Positions 16,694 to 23,916 of a stretch of 24,000 bases of DNA are shown in pieces. The notes under the pieces were generated by a model. The model ran no database searches. It saw only the letters and a program-made list of their open reading frames with translations, and had not been told where the DNA came from. Each line of letters opens with the position of its first letter. Position 1 is the stretch's first letter. Source of the DNA: Thermophilibacter immobilis (lineage in GTDB: Bacteria > Actinomycetota > Coriobacteriia > Coriobacteriales > Atopobiaceae); NCBI RefSeq assembly GCF_015277515.1, contig NZ_CP063767.1, positions 1,988,770 to 2,012,769 on the forward strand. The letters are read 5' to 3'. The translations under genes were made by a program, and so were the position numbers.

Positions 16694-17498
16694 CTATGGC
16701 GCCAGCACGTCAAGCGGTACGACCTGAATTCCTTCGTCTGTTACGTAAGCGGGAGCCCCATAGGCAACTACGACACATTTTGCGACGGGCGGTTTCTCTC
16801 CCTGCAAGCGTCGACTCGTTGCGAGCAAGCGAGGCAAGTAGGGCATTCACCTTATCGGGGCTACGACGCACACCATCTAACCTCGATATATCTGAATCGG
16901 CGACCGTCTGCACGTATTCTGCCGCTATTCGCATCGCCGCTTTCGTCGAAAGGCCGACAGACCGGGGCCACCCACCACGACATACAGCTTCCGCCACAGA
17001 CGGAAGACCAGACATCGATCCTTGTGCCCTGGTGAACGTGTCTCCGGAGAGTAACCGCGAAAGAGGAATTTCTCCCGTGGATCTTCCCGACTCAAAGAGG
17101 GTCATGGTATCCATTCTCAGCACGGAGAAACGCCCTACGCCACTATGCATAGGCTGAGCGGCGTCATGGGGGGTCGACGAGCCCGTGAGGATAAACTGCC
17201 CCGGATCTCCCCTACGGTCGCACTCAAAGCGAGCCGCATCCCATAACTTTGGCACCTCTTGCCACTCGTCTATGAGACGCGGCGTCGGCCCCTCCATCGC
17301 TGTCGCGGGGTCCGCAGTCGCCATGAGCCGTCCTGCGAAGTCACCGGCTGGATCAGTCATCGAGATTTCAGACTTTGCGTATCTGCGCCCGATCGTGATC
17401 TTGCCGCACCACTTTGGCCCGCGAAGCACGAGAGTACCGAATAGAGAAAGGTCTTCCTCAAGCCCGGAGTCCACGACGCGGGGGATGTACTCTCTCAT
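16694..17498 (-). pseudogene. Decayed AAA-ATPase gene (AAA_14/DUF4143 family) with an internal deletion/frameshift
   Basis: The N-terminal 230 aa match this family (IPRVVDSGLEE..., P-loop GPKWCGKIT with T->I in the usual GKTT). The frame then degenerates into an Arg-rich tail. In another frame the last ~35 codons read EKPPVAKCVVVAYGAPAYVTDEGIQVVPLDVLAP* (stop at 16694-16696), which resembles the family C-terminus. About 130-150 aa of the DUF4143 core are missing. Confidence 0.62.
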
Positions 17499-17809
17499 GA
17501 TGTGCCCTTCTCCCTCTTTAGCGGGATGGTTAAAATAGCGGCATCACCTGAACTAATGTGCAAATTTCCAGTGTTTTTGAGGGCACTTTTCCAGACCACC
17601 ACGATCACTTGAGCATTCTTTGAGCGGAGCGTAACCAGCATTTTATACAGAACGTCATCGAACTAGCCTCCTACGGGGAGCTACCCATTGGCAGCACGAT
17701 GCTCTTCGTGAGCGCTGGCTCAAGGCTGGGAAGAGATGTCCGGAGGACTCGCGCAGAGCCCTTATACAGGGATACTATCTAGACACACCATCTCGGAGGA
17801 GCGGCAGCC

Positions 17810-18280
17810 ATGGCCACGGAACCAGATCTCACCACGAGACAGTTCGTGAGAATTCTACGGGAGCTTCCCGCGCATACCCCGGCAGCGGGCCTCTTTATCA
17901 AGAGTGCATTGAACGGCCCCGGATACGCAGGCGTCTCAAAATTCGGCTATGCGGACGAACGAGAGCATATGCTCTCCTGGTTCGGCTGTCAGGACGGGAA
18001 CAACGGTAGCGGAGCCTATTCTCGCAAAGTTCCCAACACGAGCGCCCGCGTAGCCTATGGCAGACTCCAGAACGCCGGATCCCTTCTGTGGATTGCAGAG
18101 GCGCTCGGCGAAGATGAGAGCGCTGTGGAGCTCGTAGCCAAAGAGGCCCTGCAGGAGACCGACCATCGCCGCCGATGCAAAATCGTGCGCAGCCACTTCT
18201 CCTGGGAGCGCGTCTACGCTCTGGCAATGAAAACGAAGGGAATGTCAGCTGGGACGGGTCAACAGGGCTTCGTTCTTTGA
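17810..18280 (+). CDS. Hypothetical protein (156 aa), no family recognised
   Basis: Good RBS GGAGGAG 9 nt upstream of the ATG. Non-repetitive, balanced composition. It lies in the lower-GC islet. I recognise no motif. Confidence 0.5.
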   Translation: MATEPDLTTRQFVRILRELPAHTPAAGLFIKSALNGPGYAGVSKFGYADEREHMLSWFGCQDGNNGSGAYSRKVPNTSARVAYGRLQNAGSLLWIAEALGEDESAVELVAKEALQETDHRRRCKIVRSHFSWERVYALAMKTKGMSAGTGQQGFVL

Positions 18281-18316
18281 ACGAGCGAGGCAGAAAGGTG
18301 GCACGCGCCACGCGAC

Positions 18317-19060
18317 CTAGAGGCGAAAGCCCGTTACCTGGCTCTGCAGCTCCGTCAGCTGGGCGATACCCGCCTGGCCCAGGTCGAGTAGCTCGTCGAG
18401 CTGCTCCCGGCTCAGAAGCGCTCGCTCGCCGGTGCCCTGCACCTCCACGATCTGGCTCTTCTCGTTTCCCACCAGGTTGAGGTCAACGTCTGCATGGGAG
18501 TCCTCGGGATAGTCCAGGTCGAGCAGGGGCCTACCACCCACGATTCCCGCGGAGATGGCCGCCACCTGGCCCGTCAGCGGCAGGCGCGGCAGGCGTCCCT
18601 TCTCCACGAGGGACAAGAGCGCCGCGTGCAGCGCGACCCAGGCTCCCGTCACGGAGGCCGTGCGGGTACCTCCGTCCGCCTGAAGAACGTCGCAGTCGAG
18701 CGTAATCGTGACCTCACCCAGCCGGTCGAGCCGGCAGACCGCCCGCAGGCTCCGCCCGATGAGACGCTCGATCTCCATCGAGCGGCCCTTACGACCTCGA
18801 TACTCGCGCGACGTGCGACGGTTGGTGGAGGCGGGAAGCATCGCATACTCCGCCGTAACCCAGCCGGCATGGCTTCCCTTGCGCCAGGAGGGCACACCCT
18901 CCTCGACCGTTGCCGAGCAGAGCACGCGCGTGTCCCCGAACTCGGCCAGGCAGGATCCCGTCGCGTTCTTCATCACGTTCGGCGTGAGCGTGACGGGCCG
19001 CATCTGAGAGGCGGAGCGGTCCTGTGCGCGAGCAGGGGTGGAAGCAGAGTCGGAAGTCAT
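18317..19060 (-). CDS. rph: Ribonuclease PH
   Basis: I start at the ATG at 19060 (MTSDSAST...QMRPVTLTPNV...). Motifs GSCLAEFGDTRVLC, EYAMLP, RSL and LQADGGTRTASVTGAWVAL are typical of RNase PH. The upstream part of the track ORF runs into the tRNA gene and was rejected. Confidence 0.9.
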   Translation of the reverse strand: MTSDSASTPARAQDRSASQMRPVTLTPNVMKNATGSCLAEFGDTRVLCSATVEEGVPSWRKGSHAGWVTAEYAMLPASTNRRTSREYRGRKGRSMEIERLIGRSLRAVCRLDRLGEVTITLDCDVLQADGGTRTASVTGAWVALHAALLSLVEKGRLPRLPLTGQVAAISAGIVGGRPLLDLDYPEDSHADVDLNLVGNEKSQIVEVQGTGERALLSREQLDELLDLGQAGIAQLTELQSQVTGFRL

Positions 19061-19142
19061 GAACGTCCCTTCGGCCTCCTCGGCGGCCACGTTAAGAGCA
19101 AAAAAAGAATCAGGGGCCACGAGGAGCCCCTGAGCGCGTGCA

Positions 19143-19218
19143 TGGTGGGCGATGACGGGTTCGAACCGCCGACCTTGTGCGTGTAAAGCACCTGCGCTAG
19201 CCACTGCGCCAATCGCCC
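19143..19218 (-). tRNA. tRNA-Val (anticodon UAC), CCA encoded
   Basis: The reverse complement reads GGGCGAT-TG-GCGC-AGTGGCTA-GCGC-A-GGTGC-TTTACAC-GCACA-AGGTC-GGCGG-TTCGAAC-CCGTC-ATCGCCC-ACCA. This folds into a full cloverleaf of 76 nt with T-loop TTCGAAC and anticodon TAC. One G27-A43 mismatch. Confidence 0.9.
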
Positions 19219-19289
19219 GGACTCAAGAAGTCTACCACGGCACGCCGCAGCATGGCGTCTCCAGAGCTTCGTGTCCTATACTTAGCCGC

Positions 19290-20837
19290 ATGAATACGAC
19301 GACGCTCGCCTCGTTGGCCACGCTCCTCACCGAGCAGGGCCTTCTCGCAGGCACCCACAACCTCACGGCCGAGACGGGCACCATACCCGTCACCGGTGCC
19401 GACTGCAACTCGCGCGTCGTGCGCGCGGGCCATCTCTTTGTGTGCAAGGGCCGGGCCTTCTCGCCTGCCTACCTCACGAGCGCGCTCGAGCAGGGGGCCG
19501 TGGCGTATCTCTGCGACGAGGAGCACGCCGACGGGCTCGCGGCAACCGCCCCGGGCGTGCCGGCTCTCATAGCCTCCGACCTCAGGCGGGCCATGGCCGT
19601 GACGTCGGCGGAGGCCTTTGGCCATCCGGACCGCGACCTCACGACCATCGGCATCACGGGGACCAAGGGCAAGTCCACGGTCTCCTACATGCTGCGCGCC
19701 GTGCTCGACGGCGGCGAGCCCTATTCCACAGCGGGCGTCATCGGTTCCATCGAGACCTTTGACGGCGTCGAGAACCTCGAGAGCCACAACACCACGCCTG
19801 AGGCCCCCGACCTCTGGCGCCACATCGCGCACATGCGCGACGCGCACCTGGCCTACCTTGATATGGAGGTCTCGAGCCAGGGCCTCAAGTACGACCGCGT
19901 CTTGGGCCTTGACCTGGACGTGGCCTGCTTCCTCAACATCGGGCGCGACCACATCTCTCCCGTGGAGCACCCGAACTTCGAGGATTACTTTGCCAGCAAG
20001 CTGCGCATCTTCGATCACGCCCGCGCCGCCGTGATCAACCTCGACTGCGACCATGCTGACGTCATCCGCACCCATGCCGAGAAGTGCGAGCGCGTGCTGA
20101 GCTTCTCCGCCGAGACGCGTCCCGGGGCCGACGTGTGGGCAACTGACGTCCGCTCCTCCTGTGGCGTCGTGCAGTTTCGCGCTCACACTCCCAGCTGGGA
20201 GGGAAACATCGCCCTTGCCATGCCGGGCCTCTTCAACGTGGACAACGCGCTCGCCACGATTGCCATCTGCGAGCTCCTGGGTATTGGCCGGGAGCGCATC
20301 CAGGCGGCACTCGTCCGCGCCAAGGTTCCCGGTCGCATGGAGCTGCTCCTGACGCCCGACCAGAAGGTCGTGGGCCTGGTCGACTACGCGCATAACAAGC
20401 TCTCCTACCAGAAGCTCTTCTCCTCCCTCAAGAAGGAGTTCCCCGGGTTCAGGATCATCGCGCTCTTTGGGGCACCGGGCGGCAAGGCACACGAGCGCCG
20501 ACAAGAGCTGCCCCAGGAGGCAGCCAAGTGGGCCGACCACCTCATCTACACCGAGGAGGACCCCGCCCACGACTCCCTCGAGGAGATTTGCGCCCAGCTG
20601 GCAGACGCCACGCCGCGGGACACGTCCTACGAGGTCATCTACGATCGCCCCGCTGCCGTGCGACGGGCCGTGGAGCTGGGCTACGAGGGCGAGGACCGCG
20701 CGCTCGTGTGCCTTCTTGCCAAGGGTGACGAGACCCGCCAGCACGTGGGCGACGCCTTCGTGCCCTGTCGCACCGACGCCGACCTCTTCCAGGAAGCCGT
20801 ACGCGCCCACGCCCAGAAGGACGAGTCGGAAACGTAG
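19290..20837 (+). CDS. murE: Mur ligase, MurE type (UDP-MurNAc-L-Ala-D-Glu amino-acid ligase; resembles the L-Lys-adding subfamily)
   Basis: I start at the ATG at 19290 (MNTTTLASL...). P-loop GITGTKGKST, plus EVSSQGL, NIGRDHI, VPGRME and DYAHN. The N-domain FVCKGRAFSPAYLTSALEQGAVAY resembles streptococcal Lys-type MurE. The C-domain has EEDPAH instead of the DNPR motif of mDAP-type enzymes. Confidence 0.82.
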   Translation: MNTTTLASLATLLTEQGLLAGTHNLTAETGTIPVTGADCNSRVVRAGHLFVCKGRAFSPAYLTSALEQGAVAYLCDEEHADGLAATAPGVPALIASDLRRAMAVTSAEAFGHPDRDLTTIGITGTKGKSTVSYMLRAVLDGGEPYSTAGVIGSIETFDGVENLESHNTTPEAPDLWRHIAHMRDAHLAYLDMEVSSQGLKYDRVLGLDLDVACFLNIGRDHISPVEHPNFEDYFASKLRIFDHARAAVINLDCDHADVIRTHAEKCERVLSFSAETRPGADVWATDVRSSCGVVQFRAHTPSWEGNIALAMPGLFNVDNALATIAICELLGIGRERIQAALVRAKVPGRMELLLTPDQKVVGLVDYAHNKLSYQKLFSSLKKEFPGFRIIALFGAPGGKAHERRQELPQEAAKWADHLIYTEEDPAHDSLEEICAQLADATPRDTSYEVIYDRPAAVRRAVELGYEGEDRALVCLLAKGDETRQHVGDAFVPCRTDADLFQEAVRAHAQKDESET

Positions 20838-20966
20838 GCGCGAGCGCCCACTCAGCGCACCTCCTACGTTTACGCAGGTAGAAGAGTCGTTGGTTCTTGT
20901 CAGTCGAGGATTCCTGTCATTTGCGGCCGCACAAGCGAGAGAAGCTCGAGAGGGGCCGACGTCGAG

Positions 20967-20997
20967 AAAAAGGGCCGGAACCCGCAGGTCCCAGCCC
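20967..20997 (-). terminator. Rho-independent terminator of the original (pre-IS) PTS gene
   Basis: The minus strand reads GGGCTGGGACC-TGCG-GGTTCCGGCCC followed by TTTTT (A-tract 20967-20971 on the plus strand). The stem is 11 bp including two G-U pairs. It lies 25 nt downstream of the displaced native stop at 21022-21024. Confidence 0.55.
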
Positions 20998-21021
20998 CCA
21001 TACCAGGCGCGAAGCAGCTCG

Positions 21022-21068
21022 TTAGTTCTCAAAGTCCTTCTCGTCAAAGCCGACGACCCATGTCACCA
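21022..21068 (-). pseudogene. Displaced 3' end of the PTS EIIBC gene (last 12 codons plus stop), cut off by the IS insertion
   Basis: Read in frame from the left copy of the target duplication, it gives ...(V)VT-WVVGFDEKDFEN-TAA. This continues the ...TFVVT sequence that is interrupted at 22546. Confidence 0.65.
21061..21068. repeat. Target-site duplication, left copy (TGTCACCA)
   Basis: The identical 8-mer lies at 22546-22553. Both copies directly abut the 27-bp terminal inverted repeats. 8-9 bp duplications are typical of the IS256 family. Confidence 0.7.
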
Positions 21069-21134
21069 GGTAGTGTCTCAAAAGTTGGTGTAAGCGGTGC
21101 CTTCGCCCGTGAACCCGCTTCCTCCTAACGCATC

Positions 21135-22433
21135 CTATGCCGCCCTCCTCCTCGAGTCAACGCCGTCCGCCTTCACCAGCCGGATGATGGCGGCGGCATG
21201 CTCGGCCGCGGTTCCCTCGTACGTCGGTGCCGGCGCTGGCGTACGCTGGGAGTCCTCCTCGTAGGCCTCCTGGATGGACCCTGCGGAGAACCAGCGTCTC
21301 GACTGCCAGGCCTCGTCCATCTCCGAGAGAGCGGCACCGACGTACCTGAGGAGGCTCCTCCTCGAGGGGAAGACCTGCACGACGCGGCTCCTGCGCTTGA
21401 TCTCCCGGTTGGTGCGCTCCTGGATGTTGTTGGTCCTGAGCCTGATGTGGTGCTCGTAGGGGAAGTCGAGGTAGGCGAGCGCGTCAGCCTCGGTCTCCTC
21501 CAGGAGCTCGCCCGCCGCGGGGCAGATGGCGCCAACCTCGTCGATCGCCAGGTGGTAGAGCTCCCTGACGAGGTCCGGGTCACGCTCCGCGAACACGGCC
21601 GAGAGCACCTGCCCCACGAGGGCGCGCTGGCGCCTTGTCCTGGCGAGCGAGCAGCAGTTCCTCTCGAGGTGGACGATGCAGCGCTGCCAGGCGGCGCCCG
21701 GGAAGGTCTCCTCGATGGCACGCCTCAGCCCCTCGTGGGCGTCGGAGACGACGCAGATGACGTCCGCCACGCCACGGTCGCGCAGGCCCCTCAGGAACCC
21801 GAGCCAGGACGCGTAGGACTCCGTGTCGACCGCGTCGACGCCGACGAGGTAGCGGTGGCCGTCATCGGCGGCCGCTATCGCCGTCACCACGGCCACGGAG
21901 CCGACGTGCCCGCCCTCCCGGGCCTTGATGTAGGTGGCGTCGAGCCACAGGTAGGGGAAACGCAGGTCGCGGAAGACGCGCCCCTGCAGGTCTGCGACCG
22001 TCTCGTCGAGCGTGGCGCACATCCGGGAGACGGCATCCTTGCCGAGCCTGTCGGCACCGAGCGTGTGGGCCACGCGCTCGACCTTCCTCGTCGAGACCCC
22101 ACAGGTGACCATCTCGGCCACGGCCGCCACGATCGCGCGGTCGGTCCTGGAGTATCGCTCCACCAGGTCCTCGGGGAAGAAGGACCCGCGCCTGAGCTTG
22201 GGTATGCGGAGGGTGATCGTGCCGACGCTCGTGAGCAGCGAGCGCTCCCGGTAGCCGTTCCTCTGGTTGCCGCCCTCGCACTCGAGGTCGGCCTCGACGC
22301 TCATCACCTCGTTGACGACGGACTCGGCGAGCACCCTCGCCAGCTCGCCCACGTTCACCATCCCGTCGTCGAACCGGGGCAGCCCCGGTGTCACACCGTC
22401 CTGCCCATCGCCTATGATTGCCATAGCGGTCAT
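21135..22433 (-). CDS. IS256-family (Mutator-type) DDE transposase
   Basis: 432 aa with RBS GGAGAGG. Family blocks RNGYRERSLLTSVGTITLRIPKLRRGSFFP, WLDATYIK, VVSDAHEGL, WQRCIVH and NNIQERTNREIKRR are present. Confidence 0.93.
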   Translation of the reverse strand: MTAMAIIGDGQDGVTPGLPRFDDGMVNVGELARVLAESVVNEVMSVEADLECEGGNQRNGYRERSLLTSVGTITLRIPKLRRGSFFPEDLVERYSRTDRAIVAAVAEMVTCGVSTRKVERVAHTLGADRLGKDAVSRMCATLDETVADLQGRVFRDLRFPYLWLDATYIKAREGGHVGSVAVVTAIAAADDGHRYLVGVDAVDTESYASWLGFLRGLRDRGVADVICVVSDAHEGLRRAIEETFPGAAWQRCIVHLERNCCSLARTRRQRALVGQVLSAVFAERDPDLVRELYHLAIDEVGAICPAAGELLEETEADALAYLDFPYEHHIRLRTNNIQERTNREIKRRSRVVQVFPSRRSLLRYVGAALSEMDEAWQSRRWFSAGSIQEAYEEDSQRTPAPAPTYEGTAAEHAAAIIRLVKADGVDSRRRAA

Positions 22434-22483
22434 CGCCTCTCCTAGTCCCGATACGTCGCTGTTCGGGATTCTAGGGCGATGGC

Positions 22484-22517
22484 CGTTCCCCTCAGGCCTT
22501 CAGGCCTGAGGGGAACG
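22484..22517 (-). promoter_or_regulatory. 16-bp perfect hairpin inside the IS, between IRR and the transposase start
   Basis: CGTTCCCCTCAGGCCT (22484-22499) and AGGCCTGAGGGGAACG (22502-22517) are exact reverse complements. The hairpin lies ~50 nt upstream of the transposase ATG on the sense strand. Confidence 0.6.
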
Positions 22518-23916
22518 TGCTTACACCAACTTTCGCGACACGATCTGTCACCACGAAGGTCACCACGAACACGAGTGCCATGCCGATAAGGGCAACCACG
22601 AAGTTGTTGCCTCCTGCGGGATCGATGAACTGCGGCAGGCTCACCAGGGAGACAGTAATGAGCTCGAACACCTTGACATGCATGAGGCCGCAGTACAGGC
22701 CACCTACCGCGCAGCCCACGAACGTGGCAATGAGAGGCTTCTTAAGCTTGAGCGTGAGGCCATACATGCAGGGCTCGGTCACGCCAGCCGTGGCAATGGG
22801 AAGCACAGCGCTGCCAGCGAACTCCTTGATCTCGCGGCTCTTAGCCTTGAAGAAGATCGCCAGGGAGACCGCAAGCTGCGTGAAGTTGATAACGGCGAAG
22901 CCCACCCAGAGGAAAGGATCAAAGCCCAAGGTCGAGAGGTTAGAGAGGGCTGTGGGCATCAAAATCCAATGGCTTCCCGTAAGGATGAGCACGGGCATGA
23001 TAAGGCAGACAGCAAAGACGCCCAGCAGGTAGTAGTTCTGATACAGCGCGAGCATGGCGCTAGCGATGACCTCGCCGATGATGGAGCCCACGGGGCCCGT
23101 TACCAGGAGCGTCAGTGGGGCCATAACAATAAAAGTAGGCAAAAGCTCAATGAGGCCAAGCTTGTTGAAGAACGTCTTGGAGAACAGCCGCTCAACCTTG
23201 GACTGAGCCCACACGGTGATAAGCGCCGGGAGCAGCGACGAACTGTAGGAGATGGCGTGCACCGGCAGACCAAAGAGACTCACAGAATCACCTGCGCTCA
23301 CCAGGCCGGTGAAGGTGGGGTGCAGAAGAATTCCCACGAGCATGAGCGAGATCACGGTATTGCACTTGAAGTGTTTGGAGGCGCTCCATGCGATCATGAA
23401 CGGCATGAAGTAGAAGAACACATCGCTCATCATGTTGAGCAGCACGTACGTCTGACTCGTGGTGTCGAGCGCTCCGAGCAGGACAAGAATCGAGAGAACC
23501 GCCTTGAATAGCCCCGTGACCACGAGTCCGTTAAGGACCGGCGTGATGGTGGACGACATGGTATTCAAAGGAATGTTGATCCAATACGAGAAACCCTTCT
23601 TGACCGGCTTGACGGGCTTCTCGTCGGCGACGGACTCTGCGGCTACCTCACCCTCGCCGGTGATGCCTGGCAGGCTCGTCACGGCGTCGTAGACCTTCGT
23701 CACGTCATTGCCAATCACAACCTGATACTGACCGGCCGCGAGCGCGGTCCCGGCAACGCCCGATAGCTTCCTGAGGTGATCCTCCCGTACTGCCTCGTTG
23801 TCCTTGAGAGTAAAGCGGAGCCTGGTAAAGCAGTGCGTTACGCTTGAGACATTCGAGGGCCCACCCACGTCTTCAATAATCTGACGGGCAAGGTCTTCAT
23901 AGGTATCCACGGTCAT
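22492..23916 (-). CDS. PTS EIIBC component (glucose-glucoside superfamily, beta-glucoside/sucrose-like), 3' end replaced by IS-derived codons
   Basis: 474 aa as currently readable, with strong RBS GGAAGGGGAG. EIIB motif VTHCFTRLRF, followed by a multi-pass EIIC domain (FFYFMPFMIAWSASK, GVTEPCMYG). Codons from 22545 down to 22492 (DRVAKVGVSTFPSGLKA*) are encoded by the IS end. Confidence 0.85.
   Translation of the reverse strand: MTVDTYEDLARQIIEDVGGPSNVSSVTHCFTRLRFTLKDNEAVREDHLRKLSGVAGTALAAGQYQVVIGNDVTKVYDAVTSLPGITGEGEVAAESVADEKPVKPVKKGFSYWINIPLNTMSSTITPVLNGLVVTGLFKAVLSILVLLGALDTTSQTYVLLNMMSDVFFYFMPFMIAWSASKHFKCNTVISLMLVGILLHPTFTGLVSAGDSVSLFGLPVHAISYSSSLLPALITVWAQSKVERLFSKTFFNKLGLIELLPTFIVMAPLTLLVTGPVGSIIGEVIASAMLALYQNYYLLGVFAVCLIMPVLILTGSHWILMPTALSNLSTLGFDPFLWVGFAVINFTQLAVSLAIFFKAKSREIKEFAGSAVLPIATAGVTEPCMYGLTLKLKKPLIATFVGCAVGGLYCGLMHVKVFELITVSLVSLPQFIDPAGGNNFVVALIGMALVFVVTFVVTDRVAKVGVSTFPSGLKA
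22546..22553. repeat. Target-site duplication, right copy (TGTCACCA)
   Basis: Identical to 21061-21068 and directly abuts IRR. Confidence 0.7.

Larger units (their letters stand above)
21069..22545 (-). mobile_element. IS256-family insertion sequence, complete (1477 bp)
   Basis: One transposase ORF. Imperfect 27-bp terminal inverted repeats, IRL 21069-21095 GGTAGTGTCTCAAAAGTTGGTGTAAGC and IRR 22519-22545, match at 23 of 27 positions. Flanked by the 8-bp direct repeat TGTCACCA. Confidence 0.85.

Noticed and set aside
18298-18311. GTGGC-ACGC-GCCAC hairpin between the orphan ORF and the rph stop, considered as a bidirectional terminator
   Set aside because: The stem is only 5 bp and the flanking T/A runs are weak, so it cannot be distinguished from chance.
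20830-20871. Hairpin AAACGTAGG...CCTACGTTT just after the murE stop, considered as the murE terminator
   Set aside because: The 9-bp stem has a 24-nt loop and no real U-tract beyond the stem itself. That is too weak to call; murE may share the bidirectional region near 20967-20997 instead.
19197-21047. 616-aa minus-strand ORF antisense to murE. Similar long antisense ORFs include 6278-7591 (+), 7554-8711 (+), 9490-10770 (+), 3587-4792 (+), 5106-6047 (+), 11124-12275 (-), 12196-13539 (-), 14071-15591 (-), 21198-22445 (+) and 1791-2588 (-).
   Set aside because: Each lies opposite a gene with clear family motifs. Their translations are Arg/Gly/Ala/Pro-rich low-complexity sequence, which is typical of stop-codon-poor antisense frames in high-GC DNA. 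They have no RBS and no recognisable motifs.
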